NCBI GenBank assembly: GCA_965235115.1
Contig: OZ249445.1
Coordinates: 3,348,001 to 3,412,000 of the forward strand
Source: Laetmonice hystrix
Taxonomy: Eukaryota
Direction: 5' to 3'
Length of the DNA stretch: 64,000 bases
Positions 12,005 through 23,900 of the stretch are shown one piece after another. The notes beneath the pieces are model-generated. The model was not told where the DNA came from and did no database searches. It saw nothing but the letters and a program-made list of their open reading frames with translations. The stretch's first letter is position 1. Each line of letters begins with the position of its first letter. Made by a program: the position numbers and the translations under genes.

Positions 12005-13197
12005 TGCTCCTGTCCTGGGTATCCCTGCCCTGCATGATAAACCCGTTGATCTCTGGGACAAACCTCCCGGCATGTGATGAGGGTATAGTGAGGCCGTCCT
12101 CAGACCAACCGTCTGTACGTCCTCTGTGACTGGGCATTACGTACGGTGACATTGCGGGTTTCTGGGGACATACGCCCGTCCCAGCCCCAAGTTCTGCAAA
12201 TATCGTCCATTTATGTATTCAATTATTTACTCGGAAACCTGCTCCTTTACAACGGGATTCTGACACAGGAATTCACACAACCCATGTCAATTTCTGTTTG
12301 AAATATAGAGATGGGCGAATATAACAGGAGTTCCGGGGGGGGGGGGCGACCTCCCCCCTGTGACCCAAGGAGGGGAACCCCCTACGCTGAAACCCACGCA
12401 GCCATGCTATAGCAGCCTACTTTGTCAATGAGTGGGCCAGAACAGGGCCAGAGTCGGCCCAGGCTGACTTCAGCCCCCCCCCCCCTGGAAAAATTATCAT
12501 CCGACGCTATACTGGCCTTTCAATAAGGTCACTTGGTTGTCCCAAATTTCTGATCGCTGATCGAGCTATGATCCAATAGTTTGCGGGCACTGAAAATAAG
12601 TGTGCTCCTTTGGAATATTGCTTTACGTTTTCTACCATTACATTTAAATGGTATTCCTTTTCAAGTGAAAAAAAGAGAAAGAAATATTTAAAAAAAATGG
12701 ACAGCAAAGAAACAGAATATGAGAGCAGCAAATTACAATGTCAGTGACGGGAGTGTTTAGCTTGAGGCCCGTTGAATGGTTCTTTATGGGAGCATGGTAG
12801 GACAGAGGAACATTGTGTCCCAGTGTAATGTGTGACTTCAAAAAGTAAGACAAACACATCAGAATGGTGAGCGTGTCGCCGTCGTCATGTGGAGGGCGTA
12901 CCATGGATTCTCGGCGTGTGTGTGTTAGTGTTTTAGACGACGAGGTATTAGAATGGGACCGATAGCCAGGTTCTCTCCCTCTCCTGCTCCTGATCCCTAT
13001 AGCTGTATTTCACCAGTGTCGACCTGAGATATTCCAGCTATGCCAGGTGGCCCTGGGGTCCTCTAGTTCTGTTGGCGGATCTTTCTTCACACTTCTGCCT
13101 GGTTGAGGGTCACCACACACTTCTCCCTGGTTGAGGGCCACCGCACGCTGCCGACTTGTGGATGCAGCCACGCACCGCGGCACACCTTCACACATAC

Positions 13198-13205
13198 CTC
13201 GCCAT
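13198..13205 (-). other. Candidate start-codon exon end: AACA-ATG GCG AG|GTATGT
   Basis: A at -3 and G at +4 around the ATG, with a good donor 8 nt later. I could not link any downstream exon to it. Confidence 0.15.
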
Positions 13206-14736
13206 TGTTGATTGTCTCTCTGTCGGCAAATGTTTCACTTCTTATTTAGAACACGTAGATCAGTGGAGATTAGAAAAGACCTTTTTGGATGGGTGCCCTT
13301 GCACGTCTAGTGTAAATAATGATAGCAAAGACAGGTTTGACGTGTTATTGTAGAAAATTAATTGTCTTGTCCTTGGAGTAGGTGCGGAATCTGTGTATAT
13401 CTGTAGGGAGGAAATGCCGCTGGTTGTTTTTCTGATATACACAAATGTATCTTGGCTATTCCTCGTGGTATGTGTAGAAAATGTGAAGCTAGTAATTATT
13501 CATAGCAGATTGAGGTGAATATGGCGGAGAATAGCGGCTTTATGTGTTCATAATGAAACTCACATTCTCTCTGCCTCACGGTGTTGAAATGAAGAAGCAC
13601 ATAACAAATGCATCCATCTTTGTTAGGTGGTAATTTTCTCGTAATGCAGCACTTGCTACGGTGTGCACCTTCCATTACTGGCCGGTCAGTGTTGTAATCA
13701 GAGCAGTTGTTAGGTCGCAACACATGACGCCACTTTGTATGCATGACACTTCCTCGTATTAATAATGCCGGCTTTATCCCATAACATTATTAGTGCCGAC
13801 ATGATAAAGCCTGATGCCCGCGGGTGTCAGGGCGAGCAAGGTGCATTAATTCTCGCAGACTTATTGAGTCTGTGCTGTGTTGTTGCGCCTGTTAAATTGG
13901 TAATGTGTGATAAAGTGTTGGGGGGGGGGGCACTTTAAGGAGCTTTGCCAGGCGGGATAGGGAGAAGTTGAGAAGAGGGCAAGGGTGAGGTAGAGAAGGT
14001 ATTACGACACTGGACGTCTCTGAATCTCAACACCCTGGAGGTGTTGGACTGAGGGCTCCCGCGGGGTCCTTGCCTCTAGATTCAAGTCATGTCGCCACAG
14101 TTCATCGTAGGCTAGAGATAGTGCTGGCCAGGCGGAGGGCGCGAAAAACTATAAGGAAGGATTCCCTTTAATCCTAATGGTGCCTCGTTTGCTGTTATGG
14201 GTGTCGGACTCCAGCGTGCATGCATAAGAATAGAACAGGGATGGCCAGAGCTCTGAACCCTTGGATCCCCTCCCAGAAGTCAGCGAAATTGTTCTCTTGG
14301 AAGTCGCCTGTACAGGGGATATAGTAGGTTTACAGTATTCCTAAGAAATCTAGCGTATTTAGATATATTTAAAAGTCTTAATACATTTAAATCGAAATAA
14401 CTGGGAAGGGGAAGGGGGAGGAATCTCTTTCTAATTAAAAAAAGGTTTTAGGCTCAAGGGAAATTCTTTGCTAATGTTTTTTTTCCTTCCGGTACTTTAT
14501 GGAGTTATTAGTGGGAACTGTTAGGGGAGCCGAACTATATCTTTCTGTTGCCTGAAGATCAATGTAGACTTTTTTGAAACGCTCTCTTTGATAGAGCGGC
14601 TAACTTTACAGTTGCATGCTAATTTTCTTTCAGTCAGTGGCTTTAGCTAAACCATCCTGCAGGGTCATTGATTTATGACGGGATGTCATCGCATTGCTGG
14701 CAAGTAGGAGATACGGAGAGTCTCAGGCGGTATGGG

Positions 14737-14855
14737 ATATAATTGTGACATATATAACTGTTGTTAATTGGTGAAAAGTCGAAGAATAATGTTAAATATA
14801 ATTGTGACATATATAACTGTTGTTAATTGGTGAAAAGTCGAAGAATAATGTTAAA
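14737..14855. repeat. 59-bp tandem duplication (2 copies)
   Basis: ATATAATTGTGACATATATAACTGTTGTTAATTGGTGAAAAGTCGAAGAATAATGTTAA occurs twice. Confidence 0.93.
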
Positions 14856-15049
14856 CTACATGTATATGTTTCATCATGGATGTGCACTTGTTTTCTCTAC
14901 CCACGTACCAAACCTGATTACATGGTATTGCTATACATATACAGACAAAAGTCCACAATAGCAGTTGTCCTGGCCTGAAAAAGGCCATTTTTCCACGTAA
15001 CGGTATTTGCATAGACGGACAAAATCCCTATATGGAGTGCGAGTGTAGC

Positions 15050-15146
15050 CGCGGGCGGGTCCGGTTCCGCACCCTCCCCCGATCCGTCCCGATCAATAGT
15101 TTAGAAACAGCTGAGCAGGGCCCTGTCATTGGCTGCTGTATAAATA
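15050..15146 (+). promoter_or_regulatory. Possible Pol II core promoter or LTR-like promoter (GC box, inverted CCAAT, TATA)
   Basis: GGGCGGG near 15050, ATTGG at 15128-15132 and TATAAATA at 15139-15146 in a CpG-rich patch. A CAG|GTAACA donor lies ~90 nt downstream. The CCAAT-TATA spacing is unusually short. Confidence 0.3.
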
Positions 15147-15406
15147 GTCCCACTATATTGTGTGGCGTCGGAATCCGGCCAGATCCAACACCGCCTGAAC
15201 AATGCTAGTTATTATGTAACTGATCCAACCCAGGTAACAATGGAACATTGTGACGCTGGGCAAGCCGCCAGGACACCTGGATGTTCTCCGTGGGATTCCG
15301 ACGGGGCCGGCAACAATGAGCCCCAAAATGGCAACAAAAGGGGGTTTATTGGAGGACTGACGCAAGGTTTTCTTCAGCTTGGCTCACAGACCACTCGTAT
15401 CCATGT

Positions 15407-15791
15407 GGGAAGTATAACGGGACAGGGTCTTGGTGAATATGGCACATTGGGAAGTATAACGGGACAGGGTCTTGGTGAATATGGCACATTGCATGGGAAG
15501 TATAACGGGACATGGTCTTGGTGAATATGGCACATTGGGAAGTATAACGGGACAGGGTCTTGGTGAATATGGCACATTGGGAAGTATAACGGGACAGGGT
15601 CTTGGTGAATATGGCACATTGCATGGGAAGTATAACGGGACAGGGTCTTGGTGAATATGGCACATTGGGAAGTATAACGGGACAGGGTCTTGGTGAATAT
15701 GGCACATTGGGAAGTATAACGGGACAGGGTCTTGGTGAATATGGCACATTGAGAAGTATAACGGGACAGGGTCTTGGTGAATATGGCACAT
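15407..15791. repeat. Minisatellite, 42-bp unit (46-bp variants), ~9 copies
   Basis: GGGAAGTATAACGGGACAGGGTCTTGGTGAATATGGCACATT in tandem. GCAT insertions break the frame. Confidence 0.96.
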
Positions 15792-17710
15792 GAATGAGTG
15801 GTCTACATAAAACCATAATTCTCTAAGGATTAGGCTACAGAATAATTTTATCTCAATGAAAACCACATTGCGAGATTCGGGAGGGCAGATGGCTCTCCTA
15901 TTTGGAATTGGGACTTTTCATGTTTTAAAAATGTCGTAATCTTTCCAAAACTGGTACAAAAAGCTCAAATTGGTGGTTGGCTCACAGTTGGCCCTCGCGG
16001 TTGAACATGAATCCACAATGTTGGTCTGAGAGAGGTGAGGTGAGGTGAGGGTCGAGGTCCTCCGCCACCCTCTGTTGTCTGTGGTGTCAGGCCGTCCACC
16101 TGGGATCAGCCGGTACTCAGTGAGCACCTGTCCAGGTGTGTCTGTGTACCTGGCCACCATCTCAGGTGACCGAGCCCGTTAGTTCAGCTCAGGAACCCTC
16201 CTCACAGGTTGGTCGGTCGGGGAGCCGCCAACCTGCCCGGCCTGAGCTCGCCCCGGCCGGTCGTGGTCCGATACCCCCCGCCGGCCGGCCAGCCCTTGCC
16301 GAATGTCCTTGCTCCTTCCTGTTCAGGCACGTCCCTCCGTTTACGGCCACCACCACCCCCTTTTCAATCCCTTTTGTTTAACCTCACCCAGCCCCCAGGT
16401 CGGGGCCCGACTATTGTTCCACGGTACCGGGCCCGTTGTTAGTTTAACAGCGTGGCCGGGAGTCGCCTGTCTTTGATTACCTAGTGGTGGGTGTCCAGCT
16501 CACAGATTGGCTGTCATGCTTGACTGACCAGCGGACACTACTACTACCAGAATAGTAATACTCAACTGTCGGCTGGGCAGTGTGAGAAAAGGACGACAAG
16601 AGGTGTGACTTATTGCAGGCCAGCAGGTAAATGAACCGTCCGTTAATCCGATAATCCATGTACAGGTGAAGTGGTAGAGGGTCCAGTTATATATTGTATT
16701 CTGGTACATGGCGTTTTCAAGAGGGAAACCAGAGTTAGTGTTTGGAGGAGGAAGAAGGGAGAGTAAGAAGGACATGGGGTGAGGCCTCGTATCGCATGCT
16801 GTAACATATCATATGGCTGCCAGTACCTGCACCCCCTCCCCCGCCCATTCTCTGGTAGGGAGGTGGTCCAGTGCAGCAGGTAAATTCTAAGTGGTATAGA
16901 TGGGCCGGGGCCGGTGAATGCACGCAGTGGTAGCGGGTACAATGACGGGGATTCGGTCTGTGACCCGTGTCACCGCTCGGCCCGCCGCCGACGACGACTC
17001 CCCTCCTCCTCAGTAGTTTCGGATCTCTGGTGACGTACGGTTTATTACAACGCGGGACCAAGGTTGAAACCATGGTTCTCAGGTACGTAAGGCATATTTC
17101 TCTTCAAGATTCTGTCCCAGGGGACCCGGCCACCGGGCTGGGCTGACAGGGCTCACAGGGCTGACTACACCACATAGATGGAGACTTTAATCGGTGTTTT
17201 TCAGTGCAGGTGAGTTTGTTTAGAGCTGGCAAACAGGTTGAACTGACCCACTTAGAACACAATGGCATGCTTTCACAATGGGGGACAGCCGAGGTATGCC
17301 AATACACTCGAGCTAGCGTAACCTCAGCAAATAACTGTGTGAAGACGACATCAAAATCCCTTCGTCGAGCGAGGACTATCTCAAACTGCCTTGACGAGTA
17401 AACCTAATATTACATCATGTGCCCAGTACTTTCAGTAGTTAGCTGGGTTGCTGGGAAGTGGATGTTATGAGAATATTCTGGCTGTGTTTAAAGAGAACAG
17501 TTAGGAGTATGAGATTGGCAGTGAGGTGAAGGAGGCTTGTCATGGCCGCCTTAAGATGAGAATAGCATACTTAGCATGTGAACAGGGTGAGTAAACAGTT
17601 TGGTTTCCTTCCCCTGTTCAACTCGGAATGACTGCTTGCTAAGGTAGAACCCCCCTGTCCTACTTCAACATGTCCATCCCTATACTCACTCTATACTAAC
17701 CCCCCCCCCC

Positions 17711-18381
17711 CCTCGCCAATGGAGTGCCAGGCAATTGAACATAACAACATGCATTGGGATATGGAGGCAACCCCTCCCCCTCGCCAATGGAGTGCCAGGC
17801 AATTGAACATAACAACATACATTGGGATATGGAGGCAACCCCTCCCCCCTCGCCAATGGAGTGCCAGGCAATTGAACATAACAACATACATTGGGATATG
17901 GAGGCAACCCTCCCCCTCGCCAATGGAGTGCCAGGCAATTGAACATAACAACATGCATTGGGATATGGAGGCAACCCCTCCCCCGCGCCAATGGAGTGCC
18001 AGGCAATTGAACATAACAACATACATGGGGATATGGAGGCAACCCCTCCCCCTCGCCAATGGAGTTCCAGGCAATTGAACATAACAACATACATGGGGAT
18101 ATGGAGGCAACCCCTCCCCCTCGCCAATGGAGTTCCAGGCAATTGAACATAACAACATACATTGGGATATGGAGGCAACCCCTCCCCCTCGCCAATGGAG
18201 TGCCAGGCAATTGAACATAACAACACATTGGGATATGGAGGCAACCCCTCCCCCCTCGCCAATGGAGTGTCAGGCAATTGAACATAACAACATGCATTGG
18301 GATATAGAGGCAACCCCTCCCCCCCTCGCCAATGGAGTCCAAAACAATTGAGCATTACGACCTGTATTGGGATATGGAGGC
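17711..18381. repeat. Minisatellite, ~67-69-bp unit, ~10 copies
   Basis: CCTCGCCAATGGAGTGCCAGGCAATTGAACATAACAACATACATTGGGATATGGAGGCAACCCCTCCCC, with variable C-run length. Confidence 0.96.
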
Positions 18382-18734
18382 TGCACTTTTGACTCACAAC
18401 GCGGGCCGCCTGTGTTGAAGACTGAAGCAACTCAATGAGGACTTGCTGAAGTTCTTGATGTTAGGTCCTTACTATGCTGCGGGATATGTTGATCAGCTCA
18501 GAGGGTACAGTATACTGGTATTATGTGCAACTAGTAGCACTTTTACAGTCTTTGAGGAATTTGGATACCATGTCATGGGTCATTGCACACTCCGCCTCTC
18601 TGTGTCGAGAGTACGTGTCCTACACCCCCACCCCCACCCCCACCCCCACCCCCACATACACAGGCCTACTTCTGGTTGCTACCTGTTTTTGTCCGTTATA
18701 TGAGAATGAAAACAAGACTCGTGATTCTCTGGCC

Positions 18735-18749
18735 GGCCACTAGGGGGCG
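18735..18749 (+). promoter_or_regulatory. CTCF-like motif
   Basis: GGCCACTAGGGGGCG closely matches the CTCF core consensus CCACYAGRKGGCRS. Confidence 0.45.
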
Positions 18750-19394
18750 TTTCCATGTTTGCTCCTCTGTTTACCATGAGAGAGATCATAACCAAACCGG
18801 GGGGGGGGGGGGCTCCTAGGAAAATATGTGAGGGGGGGCACGGCCATGAGCAGACTAAAAATATATTAAAAGTGGTCTACAAGTTTGCTGAAACGCAAGA
18901 GAAGGCGACTTTTTGTTAGAAATTGTGAGAATCTGTGCAGGCCCGTTATCTTTTTGTTGGCGACTCTAGATTTTTTGTGTCATTATTTACGACTATTTTG
19001 TCCCATTACTCGGGAAGGTGTGGGGGAATTCCCAATAGGGGAGTGTGAGATCCCTCCTTAGCCTGTCACCCTATAGTCCAGCATTTTGATGGACTGGGTT
19101 GGATGTGTTTTCCTGTTTAAACATGTAAGCGGGGGGAGGGGTGGGGAAGTTAACACCTGGGGTGACAGATTAAACCCGCGTTAGTCACCCCCACCCTACC
19201 GTCTCCATTTATCACTGAGCCCAATGGTATTGGTATCCCGTCTCCATGACAACCAGCCTGTACCGTGAGCGTTGACCGGAGCCCATACAGGTATGGACAC
19301 CTGTCTGCTATGATCCAGCCAAGTATTTTTTCGTGGCGGGGCGGGGGGGGGGGGGTTCATATTTTTGGACCTGTTGCTTGTGGTGCGTTCATCC

Positions 19395-19419
19395 TGCCAG
19401 GTATGACTCATACCTGGCA
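19395..19419. promoter_or_regulatory. 25-bp palindrome centred on an AP-1 site
   Basis: TGCCAGGTATGA-C-TCATACCTGGCA has perfect 12-bp arms and a central TGACTCA. Confidence 0.55.
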
Positions 19420-19708
19420 AGGGGTGCAGAGGTCTCCATGGGAACAATAAGTGTATTGTGGTTTTTACAGCATCGTATTCAGTGTAGTACACTTCAGAAA
19501 ACATGACAAGGATTCTGTATTATAGAAGGGTGGTGAGGGTGGCTGAATGGTCCCGGTAAAACGGGGTAAGAGAGTCGGATACAGGGGTGGTCTGACGTCA
19601 GATACACCCTGTCAGGGGAGAGCCGAGATCTGGTCTGGCCCCAGGGTGACTGTCTCGCCATTGTAAGACTACTGGAGGGCCACACTGGGCGGCTTTTGTA
19701 TGCCGTAG

Positions 19709-19869
19709 GTATACGAGGCGCCTTTTCAAACGCTTAAGCAAATGCAAAAGGTTTTGAGGTCCCGCGCCTCCTCCCTCTTTCAAGTCAACAGCGGGCTGTG
19801 GGAGGAGGCCTGGCGGGACTGGGCCCTGTACCGAGTGGTGCCAGGGAGGCTCCGTGCAGTGCTGGACAG
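19709..19869 (+). CDS. Candidate exon or degraded ORF VYEAPFQTLKQMQKVLRSRASSLFQVNSGLWEEAWRDWALYRVVPGRLRAVLD
   Basis: 53 open codons rich in C/G-ending codons. In-frame stops bracket it at the acceptor (CCGTAG) and just after the donor (CAG|GTAG). Product not recognised. Confidence 0.3.
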
Positions 19870-20842
19870 GTAGTGTGTGTGTGTGAGGCACTGGTCCGCT
19901 GTAGACACCGGTAGACCACCCCACCCCCCAGTAAAATCCCTCAAAATTTGGTGGGCTTAAGCTTTAGAAAGCTGCTAGAAAAACTTAACCCCTCGCCCTA
20001 CCTGTGACCCCAACCCCCTGATTGGACGCAAATGTTACAATGGGGGACTCACCCAGAAATCAGCTAGTAGTGTTATCTCGGAGTGTCTGAATCGACCCCC
20101 CCCCCCCCCCATATTGTATGACAAAGTGAGTGGTCCTCTGTCCTCGTCCACAGTCCGCGCAGTTTACTGCCCAATAATCACGTATTAATTGAGCCATTTT
20201 TTTCACGCTTGTTTAAAGACCTGTGAATAAATTAAGTTTATGGATTTATGCATGGAGGTTTGTTGGAAGTAGGCGTAAAGTAATATGGATTGTACATTTT
20301 AAGTGTTCTTGGTTTCAAACGTAAATGTGATGGTTTCATTAAGTAAGGACTAAAGGAAGGGTTGAGCAGAGATCTTGCCTACTCTCGTTACTTTCACTAG
20401 CACCGCCCCTGGGATGTGTATATATAGCTACGCCTGGTTAAATATGGCACCCTATGTCAACGTAGCATGTCTCCGGAAAAAACTCTGAATGGCTGAATCC
20501 TATTTACAGCATGGATGGAATGTGTACTCGTCTTTCTGGCGTGAACGACCAGTTGCATGACTTCCATCAGATTACACGCTCGACTCAGAGAAACAGAAAC
20601 ATTTATTGAGAGCAACACCAGTGGAACCTTAAACTAAGGTCAACCGCCCTGTCACGTGACACACTTTGTCATGGCTTCATATTTTCTATGGTAGAAGGAT
20701 TGAGATATGAGATTAATGTGTGGATTGAAGTAATTATTACATTTGTCTGCTGAAATGATATGAAGACCAGAATAATTAATGTAAATGTACAGGTATACCA
20801 TGGAATATGGAGCGCTGCAGTAGGTTTTGGTATGTACAGTAT

Positions 20843-20965
20843 ATGTGGGGCCAAGGATTGAAATGATGTATTGTAATTTAAGTACTATCTATGTGGGGCC
20901 AAGGATTGAAATGATGTATTGTAATTTAAGTACTATCTATGTGGGGCCAAGGATTGAAATGATGT
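20843..20965. repeat. 48-bp tandem repeat, ~2.5 copies
   Basis: ATGTGGGGCCAAGGATTGAAATGATGTATTGTAATTTAAGTACTATCT at 20843 and 20891, with a partial copy at 20939. Confidence 0.92.
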
Positions 20966-23900
20966 GACAAAGAGACATGGTTAATTAGCATTAATCGCAG
21001 TGTTTGTAAGTAGTTGTTAATGAACATATAAAGTCGTCGGACTTCTTAGAAAAGGTCCCCATTATTTTGACTATCAAACCTGTACTTAGTTCACATCAAG
21101 GCTTTCTCTACATGGGTGTGTTAATGCAAAAAAAAACCTAACGTTTGGCAAAAAATACACGAGATATTGACTCTGAGAATCGCCAAGAAGCAAGGCGAAA
21201 AGAGCAAACAAAAAACAGAGAAAAACGCTGGTCAACAACTCCAACTGCTTGGAATATTTGTGTGGTTTTGTGTGGAGATCCAGTTTTTTTTGTATGTGTA
21301 CAATATGGCTTGGTGCTAACAAACAGGACTTTGTGTGAACTGGGTGAGGGAGGGGTGGGCGGCCGTGTTTATATGCCGTTCTTACCATCAAATGAAGAGG
21401 ACAGCTCAGCAGTAGTTTTATAATGTGCGCCTCAGACTGTACTGATCACAAATAGTGGAGAGCGGGTGACAATTCACTGACCTGCTCGGCCTGGAGATGT
21501 TGGCACGGAGGGCGTCTGCTGGCGCGTTTGAAGTTCGTATTCAGTGTCTGTGCCATTTGAACAAACATGGCTTTCACAATGATGAATGAAACTTAGAAGG
21601 TTGGCAGTGGCATCGTGTCAGTTCTAATTAGTATAAAACATATTGATCCCCACGTTAGGGCTTGGTAACCCTCACCTTTTGACGAGATATAGCTACACAA
21701 AGAAAGCATTGTGCAGTATGCGAGAGAGGCAGGCATAACGGAGCGGTGCCGCCTTTACGATCAAGGTGAGATGTACTTTAATGAATGCAAGTTGAGGCGA
21801 ACAATGAATTTGTGAACTTAGTGCCTGTACATAGCCAGTAATTCAAGGGCCTCATCTAACGGTGACTATGATGAGGCCCTGCTGACACTGGTCATACTGA
21901 TGGTAAAGAGGCCTTGACATTATGCAGGGACTCACTGCATTGACGGCTCAAGAACAAAAAAAAGAGAGAAAAAGTTAAAATTGCCCTTTCCATTGATTAT
22001 CTGGGTGGGGCGGGGGAGTTTCAATGCCATTATCCTAACTCTGTAAACTATTTGTTTCCATTGAAGGTTATTCAAGCCTATAGACCCAGCTGTCCGTCCT
22101 TTGAACATCTCCTCATTTGTGTAAGTTTGTGTCTTGGTGTAGGTTCGTCTTGTAGAAAACAAAGCACCTGCCACCGCCACCAACCCCCACTGATGTATGA
22201 GAGCGCTAAGGGCACATGATGGGTCGGGCTCTAATTGACGCTCCGTAATCGGTGCAAACAATGCCCTCGGAATTAGGTGCATTCCCCAGCTCATGTAGAC
22301 ATGATAATTGTTAATTATAGAAAGCCAGTTGCTGCTAATTGTGGTCGTGTCGATTAATGAGATGATTGGCATAATGAGACAATGGGTAGTGAGAAAAAAC
22401 ACTGGATATGTTCCCCGTCACTTAGCGCAGCCTTCATGGTAATTGCACAAAGGTCGGTCAGAAGACAGTAAAGACATTCATATTGAGAGCTCGGCGCTCG
22501 TTGTAAGTTTTTGCTGGTAAATCTCATGAGAAGCCAAGGCGTCCGATGGCAGTGTTTCACCAGTTTAGTTTGAGAATGACAAACGATCAGGAAATCGTAC
22601 TATAATATCTTCATCTGTTCGTGCTGTTTTTCACAGCTTCACTAACTTCCTCCAGCATGTAGACACCATCCTGGCAACGTGTAGCCGCGCCAGTTTTTCT
22701 TACTCAGTTATGTCATGTCTAAGAGCAATTAGCAGTGGACGGATTGAGAAGCAGTGAGGTGGTTTTTTCAATTGCGATTCACGGTGTCTTTTAGGTGCAT
22801 TTACATTAAAGACCAATGTTTGTCTTCACTGACGATGAAGAATGAGATCATTGACTGGAAAGGTAAAGTTGGATGAGAGCCAGACTATTTCTATAGACTG
22901 ACACAACCAGATGTAGGTATTTCTCATCTATTGTCAGAGTTTACTACAATCTCAAGGTTGTTGTGTAAGAGACTGGCCGTGTTGGAGGCTGTGAAGGCTG
23001 ACCTTCATGGCCTCAGTAAGACTACCGAACTGAGGTCGTAAAACCTTTCAGGGCACTCGTAAACTGATTTCAACACGTAATACATGTCCTCCCTCCGTCA
23101 CACCGGGCCGTAGCGAGTTTTCTATAGTCAAGGATTCGCTCCTGATGTTTCTAATACCACACTTGCAGGGGCTGGCCCATAGAGGGATCGCTAGGAAATG
23201 TCATCATGATCATCGTACTGATTGAAACGTGCAAACGTTGTGTGACACTTTTTATTTGTTTCCCTGAGACCAGCTGGGCATGTCTGTGGATGACAAACAG
23301 GCAATGAAGTAAATACAAGGGGAACGGGACAAGGCCGACAGTCACAACTCTGTAGGCCCAGCGAGTATAGAAGTTGGTAGGCCTCATCTTCAGTCCTATC
23401 ATCAAGACTAGACAGAATACGGTCTAGTCTCGTTGGTCCTAGCCAGGGTTCTACCACCAGAACTCATGGCTCTCAGTAACTTGAATCTATTGTTGACGAC
23501 CATGTCACCCGAACTCACGGTTACTAATTACCTAAGCTGTGATCTGATTGTTGTATGTAATCAGCACTGTGATCTGATTGTTGTATGTAAATCAGTTAGC
23601 ACAGAGTCGGTGTGAGCTGTGGGACTCCCCGCCGGTCGGCCGGTCGGCGTGGGGTGTCCCGTGTCACGTGACTCCAGCAGACGTACGCTGAATCCGGAGT
23701 GGAATGTTCCCACCCCAGATCTACAGGCCTGACTCACAGAGAACAACCCAGGCAGAAGGCATCAAGAGAAATGAATATGATAGCCTGGTGTCAGATAGGG
23801 GAGGTCTATTGTTTGATGTATGCCTGATAGGGCCTTGATGTGGTTGACACTGAGAACAAGGGGTGACCGTTCACAGGACGCTCGCCGTAACCAAGCCTGA

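Noticed and set aside
15346-18430. Cys/His/Leu-rich ORFs up to 244 aa
   Set aside because: These are translations of the 42-bp and ~68-bp arrays, with frame-breaking unit lengths.
22375-22394. Resemblance to mature miR-71 (TGAGACAATGGGTAGTGAGA)
   Set aside because: The seed differs, no complementary star arm is nearby, and I see no miR-2 cluster.
23270-23280. TCCCTGAGACC matching the 5' end of miR-125/lin-4
   Set aside because: The match stops after 11 nt and there is no hairpin.
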